Notes under the pieces: model-generated
Told to the model about the DNA's origin: nothing
Seen by the model: only the letters and a program-made list of their open reading frames with translations
Databases searched by the model: none
NCBI GenBank assembly: GCA_947460615.1
Contig: CANHHG010000001.1
Location: 30,056 to 94,055 of the forward strand
Length of the DNA: 64,000 nucleotides
Direction: 5' to 3'
Origin: Bacteroidota bacterium
GTDB lineage: Bacteria; Bacteroidota; Bacteroidia; Flavobacteriales; Flavobacteriaceae
Made by a program: the position numbers and the translations under genes
Shown here: piece after piece, positions 1-9,874 of the stretch
Layout: each line of letters begins with the position of its first letter
Numbering within the stretch: position 1 is the stretch's first letter

Positions 1-1007
1 GGAATATAAGCCCTTGAAGCTGCAGAACATTTTTGTCCTTGAAATTCAAATGCCCCACGTGCAATTCCTGTTGCTACTTGTTTAACATTGGCACTTGGAT
101 GCGCCACAACAAAATCTTTCCCCCCTGTTTCACCTACAATTCTAGGGTAAGTTTTATAATGATGAATATTGGTTCCTATTTTTGCCCAAATGTCTTTGAA
201 CACGTGAGTCGATCCAGTAAAATGAACTCCTGCAAAATCACGACTTTCCAAAACAGTGTTAGTAATCATCTCAGCATCACCAAAAACCACATTAATTACT
301 CCGTCAGGCACACCCGCTTCCTTGAAAACATCAATGATAATTTTTGCAGAAAACACCTGGCTGTCGCTCGGTTTCCAAATTACAACATTTCCCATCATGG
401 CTGCACTTGCAGGTAAATTTGCTGCAATTGCTGTAAAATTAAATGGGGTAATTGCATATACAAATCCTTCTAATGGGCGGTATTCTAATCTGTTCCAAAC
501 AGAAGAATCAGAATTAGGTTGATCGTTATAAATTTGCGTCATGAATTCAACATTATAACGAAGAAAGTCGATTAATTCACAAGATGCATCAATTTCTGCT
601 TGGAAAATATTTTTAGATTGCGCAATCATTGTTGCGGCGTTAATTTTTGCTCGATAGGGTCCTGCGATTAATTCAGCCGCCTTTAAAAAGATGGCAGCAC
701 GTTGTTCCCAAGCCATATTTGCCCACATTTTTTTGGTTTCTAATGCGTTGGCTATTGCTTTTTCAACATGAGATTTTTCAGCTAAATGATAGGTTCCCAC
801 GATGTGTTGATGATCGTGTGGCGCTGTCATAGTTCTAGTATTTCCAGTTCTAATTTCTTCACTTCCGATGAATATTGGCACCTCTATTTGGGTGTTCCAC
901 ATTTCTTTATAGGCAGCAAGAACTGCTGCTTTTTCTGGCGAATTTGGAGCATACGATTTTACAGGTTCGTTTACCGCTTTTGGTACATTAAAGAATCCTT
1001 TTAACAT
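1..1007 (-). CDS. pruA: L-glutamate gamma-semialdehyde (P5C) dehydrogenase, N-terminal part; runs off window edge
   Basis: Not in the ORF track. The reverse complement from the ATG at 1007 reads MLKGFFNVPKAVNEPVKSYAPNSPEK..., later ...AEIDASCELIDFLRYN...YRPLEGFVYAITPFNFTAIAANL..., which are ALDH4/PruA motifs. Confidence 0.92.
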   Translation of the reverse strand, partial: MLKGFFNVPKAVNEPVKSYAPNSPEKAAVLAAYKEMWNTQIEVPIFIGSEEIRTGNTRTMTAPHDHQHIVGTYHLAEKSHVEKAIANALETKKMWANMAWEQRAAIFLKAAELIAGPYRAKINAATMIAQSKNIFQAEIDASCELIDFLRYNVEFMTQIYNDQPNSDSSVWNRLEYRPLEGFVYAITPFNFTAIAANLPASAAMMGNVVIWKPSDSQVFSAKIIIDVFKEAGVPDGVINVVFGDAEMITNTVLESRDFAGVHFTGSTHVFKDIWAKIGTNIHHYKTYPRIVGETGGKDFVVAHPSANVKQVATGIARGAFEFQGQKCSAASRAYI

Positions 1008-1066
1008 GATATTTTTATTTTTTATCGCCCAATTTAATTCTTTAATTTGGGTGAGAATATTTTTTA

Positions 1067-1074
1067 CAAAAGTA
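1067..1074 (-). promoter_or_regulatory. Bacteroidota -7 promoter box (TACTTTTG) for pruA
   Basis: Matches TAnnTTTG about 60 nt upstream of the pruA ATG. Confidence 0.5.
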
Positions 1075-1126
1075 CAAATGAAAAATTGATTAATCGCATT
1101 TTGGAATTAGAAATTAAACGGATTTC

Positions 1127-1270
1127 TAGCCCAGACGGAAATGGAAACCCCAGAATTATAGCTGCTGTTTTTTCTAGATTAATTAAAGCGACCAAAGGGA
1201 GCTCTTAAAAAGGCATTTGAAAAAAAGAATATAGAATGAGGAGTTGAAATGGACTGCTGGGAATAGCTAC
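1127..1270 (-). ncRNA. Structured repeated element, copy 1 (long form), Flavo-1-like
   Basis: Minus strand AGCTATTCCCAGC...AAGAGCTCCCTTTGGTCGCTTT...TTTCCATTTCCGTCTGGGCTA shares terminal blocks with copies at 11406, 28804 and 47937; CCCAG/CTGGG closing stem. Confidence 0.7.
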
Positions 1271-1273
1271 TAA

Positions 1274-1660
1274 TTAATTTAAAGCAAATGGTGCGCTCAA
1301 ACGAAATGTAGGCACTACGACTTTAAAATTTCTTGTTGAGGTAAAATTCACCATGTTAAAATGCCCTTGCATTGCGCCAAAAGGAGAGGTAAGTAGGCAT
1401 CCAGAGCTGTAAGTGTGTGATTCTCCTGGTTTTAAAACGGGTTTTTTTCCAATTATCCCTTCGCCATCTACAATTTCTGTTTCTTGAAGTGAATCGAAAA
1501 TTTCCCAGTGACGAGTCATTAATTGAACAGAGTCTTTACTGTGATTTTCAATTGTAATATGGTAACTGAAGGCAAACTGTATTTTATAGTTTTTGAAGTA
1601 GGTGCCTTCAAAACTGGTAGATACAGAAATTTTAATTCCTCTAGTAATTTGTGATACCAT
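1274..1660 (-). CDS. apaG: ApaG domain protein
   Basis: F.Y.ITIEN...VQL..RHW.I...V.GEG.IG.KPVL.PGE...Y.SG..L.SP.G.M.G signature. Confidence 0.93.
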   Translation of the reverse strand: MVSQITRGIKISVSTSFEGTYFKNYKIQFAFSYHITIENHSKDSVQLMTRHWEIFDSLQETEIVDGEGIIGKKPVLKPGESHTYSSGCLLTSPFGAMQGHFNMVNFTSTRNFKVVVPTFRLSAPFALN

Positions 1661-1731
1661 AATAACTATCTGATTTTAGGTAAAATTATAAAAAAATTGT
1701 GGATTTTTCAATTAATTGAAATAAAATAAAT

Positions 1732-2985
1732 TTAATTGGTAATGCCTTCTGAATTTGCAACTCCTTTTCCAATAATTCTATCATACCGTTGATTGTTCTC
1801 TCTATAATAAATGATAGCAAAATAGTTGTTTTCTGTTTGAGAGAAATTCCCATCAATAGCATTTTCGTAATCGATTTTTTTATTTTCGTCGGCAACTATA
1901 TATTGATAATTGGTAAACCCTTGCTTGATCAAAATTGCTTTTTCATAAAGCCCTTTTTCTTGGTTATATTCCATCTTGTTTTCCTCGGAAATAGCATAAT
2001 TATTGAACATTCCGTTAACATAAATGTCCTTTTTTTCATAAAAAGTAGGTGCCGACAAAGTGAAAAATACCCAAGAATAATCAGCTTCAATAGCATTATT
2101 AAAAGCATTAACATTTAGTGGAATAAAATTTCCATTAGTGTCTGGATTGTAGGTGTAGGTTTTATTAATTCTAGCATTATTAGTATAAAGATGCGTATTG
2201 TAAATTCCATTATTAGAATCTACTTTTGCAATAAAATTATTAGCGGCTCTAATGATTTTGTTTTCAAAATATAAAAATTCATTGCCACCCCAAAATTGTG
2301 TTTCTGTATCGTATTTATAAATTAAATCGTTTCCAATAGTGAACATCGGTTTGATATTCGTAATAGCTTCGTTTAATTTTCCATTTTGTAATAAAAGCAC
2401 TTTTACATTTTGTAGTGGACTTTGAAAAAGTAAATTGGGTGATTTAATGGAAAAATCGATGTTTTGTTTATGATCAATAGTATTTAAAGTTCTAGCCCTT
2501 TTTATTTGCATAGGCACGGTTACCAAGTCTTCATAAATCATAAATTTTCTAGCAAAAACAACTTCTCTATCTTCATTTAGAATTTTAATTATATAATTTC
2601 CACTCACTAATAGTTGGGTATTTTTATTTGGAAATCCAATTCTGTAATGAGAATATAATTGTAATGTATTTAATGAATTGGTATATTCTTGGATTCGTAT
2701 TCCATCAAATCCTTGTAGGTATTCATTTTTTGACAAATCAGAATGTTTCCAATCATAGTTGCAATGAACTATTTCATAGTAGTAATTGGCTTCATTCCCA
2801 TATAAATCATCAAATTGAATTTCAAAAGGATCATTTAGACGAAATAGAGGAATTGAATTCTGATTATTTTGAACAAATGTTATGGTCTTTATGTTAAATG
2901 GCGGATCAATTTCTTTTTCCACCTGTGCAAATGCAACAAATGAAAGGAGAATATGCAATATATTTAACCAACAGATTTTAAACAT
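1732..2985 (-). CDS. DUF5103 family protein, T9SS plug-like
   Basis: Signal peptide; FDDL, HCNYDW..SDL, SGNY, GGNEF, LIKQGFTNYQY and GNFSQTENNY motifs recalled for DUF5103 / the SprA plug protein. Confidence 0.75.
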   Translation of the reverse strand: MFKICWLNILHILLSFVAFAQVEKEIDPPFNIKTITFVQNNQNSIPLFRLNDPFEIQFDDLYGNEANYYYEIVHCNYDWKHSDLSKNEYLQGFDGIRIQEYTNSLNTLQLYSHYRIGFPNKNTQLLVSGNYIIKILNEDREVVFARKFMIYEDLVTVPMQIKRARTLNTIDHKQNIDFSIKSPNLLFQSPLQNVKVLLLQNGKLNEAITNIKPMFTIGNDLIYKYDTETQFWGGNEFLYFENKIIRAANNFIAKVDSNNGIYNTHLYTNNARINKTYTYNPDTNGNFIPLNVNAFNNAIEADYSWVFFTLSAPTFYEKKDIYVNGMFNNYAISEENKMEYNQEKGLYEKAILIKQGFTNYQYIVADENKKIDYENAIDGNFSQTENNYFAIIYYRENNQRYDRIIGKGVANSEGITN

Positions 2986-3049
2986 AGTAGAAATTTTTGC
3001 TTTTGTAAATATATGAAAATTACCTTTGAAAAGAAATTTAGTGCTAGTG

Positions 3050-3820
3050 CTATTTGTAACAGATTGGTATGATTTCTCCTTTTGCTAAGCAATATCTTTT
3101 AACCAATTCGGGCTTAATTTTATTGGTGTAATCTTCTTCAACTACATTAAAACCAATACTTCGAAGCTTGTCAAAATAATCACGGCCATAAATTCTAACA
3201 TGATCGTATTGTCCAAAAATGGCGGCGCGTTCTTTTTGATTAGTTATTGAATCATCAAAAAAAGTAACATCTAGAGACAAGTCTTGAGGAATTTGAAAAA
3301 TCCCCATTCCACCTGGTTTTAATACTCTATATAATTCTTGCATTGCTTTCGTATCATCGGGAATATGTTCTAATACGTGATTGCAAAAAATAATATCATA
3401 GGAATTGTCTTCAAAGGGTAAGTTGCAAATATCTGCTTTTACATCGGCCAAAGGAGAGAATAAATCAGTGGTCGTGTAATCAATATTTTTCTGCTTTCTA
3501 AATAGTTTGTAAAACGCTTGTTCAGGCGCAAAATGAAGAACTTTTTTCTTTACAATTGAAGTGAAAAAGTCAGTTTCATTAATTAGGTATAACCATAATA
3601 AACGATGTCTTTCAAGTGAAAGAGAACTTGGCGAAAGTACGTTATTACGTTGATTTCCATATCCATAGGGAAGAAATATTTTAAAACTTTTACCGTCTAT
3701 TGGATCGGTAAACGTATTGCCTTTTAAGAAAAAGGCCAAGAGAGGGCGAGCAACATAACTCAATCGTATTAGGATTGGTCTTGGGATGGTATTTAGTATT
3801 AATTTAAAGAGTTTTTTCAT
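3050..3820 (-). CDS. Class I SAM-dependent methyltransferase
   Basis: VLHFAPE, DI..LPF.D.SYD.I.CNHVLEHIPDD...ELYRVLKPGG. Confidence 0.85.
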   Translation of the reverse strand: MKKLFKLILNTIPRPILIRLSYVARPLLAFFLKGNTFTDPIDGKSFKIFLPYGYGNQRNNVLSPSSLSLERHRLLWLYLINETDFFTSIVKKKVLHFAPEQAFYKLFRKQKNIDYTTTDLFSPLADVKADICNLPFEDNSYDIIFCNHVLEHIPDDTKAMQELYRVLKPGGMGIFQIPQDLSLDVTFFDDSITNQKERAAIFGQYDHVRIYGRDYFDKLRSIGFNVVEEDYTNKIKPELVKRYCLAKGEIIPICYK

Positions 3821-3822
3821 TT

Positions 3823-4641
3823 TTAAAGTACCAAAGGTGTTCTTCTAAATTCATCCTCTTCACTACTAACAATACCTAAGGCTTCATAAACATAAGCAAA
3901 CGTAGAAAGTAATTCTGGTTTTCCATCAATAATAGCTACATCATGTTCAAAGTGTGCGCTAGGTTTTCCATCTGCAGTTAATATTGTCCAACCGTCTTTT
4001 AATTGTTTAATGTTTTTTGTCCCCATATTAATCATAGGTTCAATAGCAACCACCATACCCTCAACAAATAATTTACCACGCCCTTTTTTACCATAATTTG
4101 GCATTTCAGGGTCTTCATGCATTTTTTGACCTAATCCGTGCCCCACTAATTCTCTCACAACTCCATATCCGTGGGCTTCAGTATATTTTTGAATGGCATT
4201 ACCTACATCTTCAACTCGATTTCCAGCTTTAAATTCGCGGATACCAACATATAATGATTCCTTAGTTACCTGTAATAGTTTTTTTGTTTCAGGCGCTACC
4301 TCTCCAATTTCAAATGAGTAAGCATGATCGCCGTGAAAACCGTTTTTAAAAGCGCCACAGTCTACTGAAATAACATCCCCACTTTCAAGTGGAATTGCAT
4401 TTGGAATTCCATGAACTACTTGAGCGTTTGGACTCATGCAAAGTGAATTTGGGAAGCCATACAATCCTAGAAAACTTGGGACTGCACCATGGTCACGAAT
4501 AAACTCTTCAGCTAATTTATCTAGGTATAATGTAGTAACTCCAGGTTTTATTTCCTTAGCTATCATACCTAATGTTTTGGAAACAATTAAAGCGCTTTCG
4601 CGCATTAATTCTATTTCTTCTCTTGTTTTTTGGATTATCAT
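3823..4641 (-). CDS. map: Methionine aminopeptidase type I
   Basis: VHGIP, D.G...GFHGD, GHG.G...HEDP, AIEPM, SAHFEH. Confidence 0.97.
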   Translation of the reverse strand: MIIQKTREEIELMRESALIVSKTLGMIAKEIKPGVTTLYLDKLAEEFIRDHGAVPSFLGLYGFPNSLCMSPNAQVVHGIPNAIPLESGDVISVDCGAFKNGFHGDHAYSFEIGEVAPETKKLLQVTKESLYVGIREFKAGNRVEDVGNAIQKYTEAHGYGVVRELVGHGLGQKMHEDPEMPNYGKKGRGKLFVEGMVVAIEPMINMGTKNIKQLKDGWTILTADGKPSAHFEHDVAIIDGKPELLSTFAYVYEALGIVSSEEDEFRRTPLVL

Positions 4642-4682
4642 TTTTTACCGAATAGATTACAAAAGTACAATTTTATAATTAT

Positions 4683-6071
4683 TTAATCGGGATTGGCCAT
4701 AATTTTAAAAAGTTCAGAATTGGATACAAAATACCTGTTTTCTAATGCTATTTGTGATAATTTGGCAGTTACCAAATTATTTTCTCTCGAATTAATTAAA
4801 AAGAGAGAACTTTCACCAAAAAGAAATAACTTTTCTTCTGATTTAAGCATTTTGTCATTGTCTTCAGATAATGATTTTGCAAATTCAATTTGCTTTAAAT
4901 AAGAAGAAAGCTCTATTTTCTGGGCATTTATTTTATTTTTTAATTGCAATCGTTCAAATTCTAATAAAAATTCTGTTTCTTGAACTTTGAATTTTGCGAG
5001 TTTTAAATTTCCACGTTCTTTTCTTAAAAATAATGGAAAATAAAAATTCATGCCTATTTTATAATCATTAAATTGATAATTATTAAAGTAACTAGGTTCC
5101 GATAAATAGGAGTACCCTAAATCTATTTTTGGCAATAAACTATTGGCTTTTAATTTTCTTTCTACATTTAAGATTTCAATTTTATTTTGAAGCGCATTTA
5201 TTTTTGGATGCGTATTTAGTGAAAACTGATTACTCATTAAATCATTTGTTTTTAATGTTTCTTGGATTGATAATTCTAAATTTATTTCAGGAATTAAATC
5301 TTCAACTAATTCAAACGGAATGTTATTTTCTAACCATAAATAATTGGACAATTCTAATTTTGCTTTTGATAGTTTTAACTTAGAGTCCTCAGCGTTTAAT
5401 AATCTATTTTTTACAATAATTCCAGCTTCAATACTATCAATTGCTGCTTTGTCACCTTGTTTAATTAATGATTGAATTCCTTCAAACCGAATTTGAGCGT
5501 TTTTGGTATATTCTTCATATAATTTATATTCACTAAATGTTTTCTTCCAATTAAAATAAGCGATTGATGCTTCATAAAGTATTTCAATAGCCTGAATTTT
5601 TCGTTCTGCCTGACTCAATTGCAATTGGATTTTTGCTTTTCTAAGGTTGGCCATCCTTTCATTGATAAATAAGCCTTGTCCCAGAGGAATTGAAATTCCT
5701 AAAGAAGTCAATCCTTGATTTGGAAGGGTGTTATCAGGATTTAAATAAATGCCTTCACTATTATCAAAGCCTGCTTTTATATCAATTCCATACCAAGTTG
5801 GAATTTTAAAACTGCTATTTAAAATGGAATAATACTCGTTATTTTTAAATTGTTTTTTTGAAAAATCAACTTCAATATTTGGATCAAATCCCCCCCTCGC
5901 AATCATGAGATTTGCCTGTGCTTTATTGATTTCTAAATTGGCATTTTTTACTAATGGATGGTATTTTTTTACATATCCAATAAACTCATTATAAGTAAAT
6001 TCTTTAGAAACTATATTTTGACCATGCAAATTAATCCCAATAAACAGAAATAGGAAAAGTAACTTTTTCAT
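4683..6071 (-). CDS. TolC family outer membrane efflux protein
   Basis: Signal peptide, HP...A, LLPKIDL, PLF; coupled to the HlyD gene by an overlapping stop/start at 6071. Confidence 0.88.
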   Translation of the reverse strand: MKKLLFLFLFIGINLHGQNIVSKEFTYNEFIGYVKKYHPLVKNANLEINKAQANLMIARGGFDPNIEVDFSKKQFKNNEYYSILNSSFKIPTWYGIDIKAGFDNSEGIYLNPDNTLPNQGLTSLGISIPLGQGLFINERMANLRKAKIQLQLSQAERKIQAIEILYEASIAYFNWKKTFSEYKLYEEYTKNAQIRFEGIQSLIKQGDKAAIDSIEAGIIVKNRLLNAEDSKLKLSKAKLELSNYLWLENNIPFELVEDLIPEINLELSIQETLKTNDLMSNQFSLNTHPKINALQNKIEILNVERKLKANSLLPKIDLGYSYLSEPSYFNNYQFNDYKIGMNFYFPLFLRKERGNLKLAKFKVQETEFLLEFERLQLKNKINAQKIELSSYLKQIEFAKSLSEDNDKMLKSEEKLFLFGESSLFLINSRENNLVTAKLSQIALENRYFVSNSELFKIMANPD

Positions 6072-7411
6072 TATTTTTTTTCTTTTTCAGATGTAGGCTT
6101 GTAATAATTCGGCGGAAAACCATTTAGGGTTCTCCATAGTTCAAACCAAACGGGAACATTATTCAATAGTGCAATTGTTTTTGCACCCGCTCCAATACTT
6201 AGTTGTTTTGGCCATTTAATATCCTTTTCATCAGGTGCTATTAGTACTCTGTATTTTCCGTTGTCACTAATAAAATTCTCAATAGCAACAATTTTACCTC
6301 CAAAAGTTCCATAGGAAATATCAGGCCAGCCTGAAAACACAATTGTTGGCCATCCATCAAACCATACTCGCACCTTTTCTCCTCTAGAAATCAATGGTAA
6401 ATCAATTGGATTGACATAGGTTTCTACTGCAATTTCAAAGCTTGCAGGCATAATTGTAACAATGGGGGTTCCTTCTTTTATTGTTTCTCCAATCCCAGAT
6501 TGTAAAGCTCTATTAATATAGCCACTTTGTGACGCTTTTATATAATACATACCGTTTCGAATGCTATAATTTGCATATTGATTTTGTAATTTATTTACTT
6601 GGGCTTCAGTATCAAATTGATTACTCATAGCCGTAAATTGATCACTTTGCGCTTTTGATTCTTTCTCAGAATATTCAGCATCAATTCGGTTTGTTTCTAC
6701 TTTAGCATTGATAAGTTCATTTTTACTAGACAATAATTTATTCTCTTGAGTAATGATTTTAGCTTCAGCCTCTTGTAATTTTAATCTTTTTTCTTCAACA
6801 TCTGTAAGAGGTTTTAATCCTTCCTTATTTAGTTGAATGGCTCGATTAAATTGAGTTGAAGCAATTTTTAATTGTGTTTTTACGGCGGCCAAATCCATAC
6901 TGTCACTTTTTATTTTAAAAATTGCCTGTTTGATTTTATTTCTAGCTTGCTCTTTTTTTAATTTTTTTTCGTTTGTAATTGCTTTTATTTGCTCAGAAAG
7001 TGAAATTACTTTTGAACCATAAGACTGATAGGATTGTTTTTTAGCATCTACTTGTTTTTTTGTATTCTGAACTAAATTCGGATCCATATAATCTTCTTTT
7101 ACTTCAGAAATAAAAAGGATAGTATCCCCTTTGTTAACAAAATCACCTTCTTTGACATACCATTTTTCTATTCTACCCGAAATTATACTTTGAATAGATT
7201 GGGGTCTTTGCCCTGGTTTTAAAGTGGTTACAGATCCCGTTCCTGAAATATTTTGAGTCCAAGGAAGGAAAAGCGCAATTAATACCAATACAGAAACTCC
7301 ACCTATAATTCTATTTAGTATTTTATAATGAGGTCTATTAATTAGATTTTTAACAGTATGGTATTTATCTAAATTGGGTAATTTTAATTTGTTGTCTGAT
7401 AAATTTAGCAT
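6071..7411 (-). CDS. HlyD family membrane fusion protein
   Basis: N-terminal TM helix, GRIEKWYVKEGDFV.KGD lipoyl half-motif, long coiled coil. Confidence 0.9.
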   Translation of the reverse strand: MLNLSDNKLKLPNLDKYHTVKNLINRPHYKILNRIIGGVSVLVLIALFLPWTQNISGTGSVTTLKPGQRPQSIQSIISGRIEKWYVKEGDFVNKGDTILFISEVKEDYMDPNLVQNTKKQVDAKKQSYQSYGSKVISLSEQIKAITNEKKLKKEQARNKIKQAIFKIKSDSMDLAAVKTQLKIASTQFNRAIQLNKEGLKPLTDVEEKRLKLQEAEAKIITQENKLLSSKNELINAKVETNRIDAEYSEKESKAQSDQFTAMSNQFDTEAQVNKLQNQYANYSIRNGMYYIKASQSGYINRALQSGIGETIKEGTPIVTIMPASFEIAVETYVNPIDLPLISRGEKVRVWFDGWPTIVFSGWPDISYGTFGGKIVAIENFISDNGKYRVLIAPDEKDIKWPKQLSIGAGAKTIALLNNVPVWFELWRTLNGFPPNYYKPTSEKEKK

Positions 7412-7416
7412 GTTGA

Positions 7417-9075
7417 TTATGAATTTATATCAAGTTGAATGTTTCCTTTTTGCATGGTTATTTTTCTATCGCATTTAGTATTCCAATAGGAATTTTTAGA
7501 GGATACGATAATGCTCCATTTATTTTCTTTAGAAGTTAAAAAATCAATAATTTCATTTGCTTCAGCCTCATCCATAGTGCTTGTTGGGTCTTCATAGAAT
7601 AGCATTTTGGGTCTTCGAATGATGCTTCTAGCCAATAGAATTTTTTGCGCATTGGATGATGATAATTGCTTGCTTTCAGGAAATATAGGAGTGTCTAATC
7701 CTTTAGGTAACGACTTAATAAAAGAACTTAGTTGAACACCCTCCACAGCCCATTTTATATCTTCAAAATTAATATTTGGGTTATTAAAGGTAATATTTTC
7801 TAAGAGTGTTCCTTCAAATGTTGATTCACCATGTAAAATACAGGCAATTTGCGACCTAAATTGATTGGTATCTAATTTTCTAAAGGTTTCGTCATTTATG
7901 TATAATGCACCAGTTTTTGGCGTAATTAAGCCACATAATATTTTTATGAAAGTTGATTTTCCAGATCCATTTTCACCATTAATGATGATCTTTTCACCTT
8001 GATTAATTTTTAGAGAGATGTCGTTAATTATTTTTTTATTTGAATCAGGAAATTTAAATCCAATATTTTCTGCTTCTAAGTTGATACTGGTGTAACAAGT
8101 AGTAGAGTCGTTATTTATTTCTTCTTCTAATTCTAAATCGGTAAGTTCTCCAATTTTTTCTATAGAGGTTAAAACATCATAAAAGGTTTCTAATCCAAGT
8201 ATTATTTTTTCTACGGAATTTATTACTAGTAAAATTATAATTTCGGACGCAACAAACTGACCGATATTCATCTTTTGTGAAAGCACCAAAAAACCTCCGA
8301 TTAATAATAAACCAGCAGTAATAAAAACTTTGAAAACTATTAACTGACTAAACTGTCTTTTTATAATATTAAAATGTTTTTCTCTATAAATTAAATAATC
8401 TGTTACTAGAGAATTGTTTTTTTGGAGTGCAAAATCATAATTGATTTCATTTTTAAAACTATAATTATTTCTTGCCATTTCATGAAGCCAATTCGCAACT
8501 TTATATTTAAATTTTGATTCTTCCATACTAGTTTCAAGTCCCGATGTATATGAAAATTTAAAAACAAAATACAAAAGTAAAAACAGGAGAATTCCAAAAA
8601 TGATGAAAAACGGGTGGTAAAGCGATAATAATATAACCCCAAATGATATTTGAAGTAGAGCCGCTGAAAAGTCCAGTAGTAATTTTGAAGTTCCTTTTTG
8701 AATGGTTAAAGTGTCAAAAAAACGAGTTGCCATTTCTGGGGCATAACTATTGTATAACTGAGCTTGTTTTATTTTAGGTAACCGAGCAGCAAATTCAAAT
8801 GAGGAACGAACAAATATTTTTTGTTGCAAATTTTCAGAAATTCGGAGTTGCATTAAAGACAAAATTCCAACTAAAGCCACTCCAATTACTACTAAGATAA
8901 TTAGTACAATCCAGGAGGCGCTCACTCTTCCAGATTGAATAAAATTAACAATTGCCTGGATCCCTAATGGCAACGACAAGCTGATTAAACCCGAAAACAT
9001 CGCATAAAAAAACAGCTGAGAAACGTCTTTTTTATCTAAATCTAGTAAGTTTAAAAATCTTTTTAATGGCTTCAT
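7417..9075 (-). CDS. ABC exporter half-transporter (TMD+NBD), T1SS-like, degenerate NBD
   Basis: Multiple TM helices; Walker A GENGSGKS; altered signature LSSSN and Walker B FYED. Confidence 0.88.
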   Translation of the reverse strand: MKPLKRFLNLLDLDKKDVSQLFFYAMFSGLISLSLPLGIQAIVNFIQSGRVSASWIVLIILVVIGVALVGILSLMQLRISENLQQKIFVRSSFEFAARLPKIKQAQLYNSYAPEMATRFFDTLTIQKGTSKLLLDFSAALLQISFGVILLSLYHPFFIIFGILLFLLLYFVFKFSYTSGLETSMEESKFKYKVANWLHEMARNNYSFKNEINYDFALQKNNSLVTDYLIYREKHFNIIKRQFSQLIVFKVFITAGLLLIGGFLVLSQKMNIGQFVASEIIILLVINSVEKIILGLETFYDVLTSIEKIGELTDLELEEEINNDSTTCYTSINLEAENIGFKFPDSNKKIINDISLKINQGEKIIINGENGSGKSTFIKILCGLITPKTGALYINDETFRKLDTNQFRSQIACILHGESTFEGTLLENITFNNPNINFEDIKWAVEGVQLSSFIKSLPKGLDTPIFPESKQLSSSNAQKILLARSIIRRPKMLFYEDPTSTMDEAEANEIIDFLTSKENKWSIIVSSKNSYWNTKCDRKITMQKGNIQLDINS

Positions 9076-9076
9076 G

Positions 9077-9754
9077 TTATTCTCTTTTTAATGTGTTTTC
9101 TATCAAGTTTAAGTAAAAATCTGATGGAGTAATAATGTCATCGCAATCGGTAATTGATTTCAAATGTTCTTTCAGAAAATACTGATGTAGACTTCCTTCT
9201 ACAATTGAAGAAACAAGTGATTTTGCAAATTTATATTCCGGATTAACTTCATTTACAAGGAGTATTATTCTAGAAATCACTCTTTTATATATCAAGAAAA
9301 AACCTTCTTTATTCTCTAAGTCTATTTCTTTTGTGTGCAGTGTTTTTGTAAATTCGGCAATAATGATTTTGTTAAGAATAGCTTCGTTGATATAAGCGGT
9401 ACTTGCATCGTCTTTCACTTTTTCTGTCACTATTGTTATTGCTTTTTTTAGTTTTTCAGTTGCATCGGGAATATTGGCAGTTGCAAAAACTAGTTTGTAT
9501 TCCATCCAACTCCAATACCAAGAGGATAAATAAACTAAAAGTTTGTGTTTGTTTTCAAAATAGCGATAGATAGAACTTTCATTAGAACCTATTCTTTCCC
9601 CTAATTTTTTAAACGTAAAATTGTCAAATCCAATTTCATCTATCAGAATAATGCTTTGTTCTAATATCTTCTTTCCTAAATCAGAAGTTTCAGGATTTTT
9701 TACATAAATTTTATCGTTAATTTGAATTTTAAAATTTGCAAATACAGAATTCAT
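9077..9754 (-). CDS. TetR/AcrR family transcriptional regulator
   Basis: GFDNFTFKKLGERIG...SIYRYFENKHKLL helix-turn-helix. Confidence 0.92.
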   Translation of the reverse strand: MNSVFANFKIQINDKIYVKNPETSDLGKKILEQSIILIDEIGFDNFTFKKLGERIGSNESSIYRYFENKHKLLVYLSSWYWSWMEYKLVFATANIPDATEKLKKAITIVTEKVKDDASTAYINEAILNKIIIAEFTKTLHTKEIDLENKEGFFLIYKRVISRIILLVNEVNPEYKFAKSLVSSIVEGSLHQYFLKEHLKSITDCDDIITPSDFYLNLIENTLKRE

Positions 9755-9772
9755 ATTTAATATTATTTATTG

Positions 9773-9795
9773 CAAAGATAATAGTATTACTATTA
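9773..9795 (-). promoter_or_regulatory. -7 promoter box (TATCTTTG, 9773-9780) overlapped by a perfect palindrome TAATAGTA-T-TACTATTA (9779-9795); candidate TetR operator
   Basis: Perfect 8-1-8 inverted repeat overlapping a consensus TAnnTTTG about 20 nt upstream of the tetR start. Confidence 0.7.
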
Positions 9796-9821
9796 ATAAT
9801 GAAATTTTAACTTTTATTTAT

Positions 9822-9851
9822 AAAAAAAGAGCTTCACCACCGTGAAGCTCT
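9822..9851 (-). terminator. Intrinsic terminator of gpmI
   Basis: AGAGCTTCAC-cacc-GTGAAGCTCT 10-bp stem followed by a U-tract on the minus strand. Confidence 0.85.
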
Positions 9852-9874
9852 ATAAATAGTATAGCATTTATTTC

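Noticed and set aside
33-1004. Four plus-strand ORFs (33-416, 256-522, 647-832, 786-1004)
   Set aside because: Antisense shadows of pruA, which the ORF track missed because it runs off the window edge.
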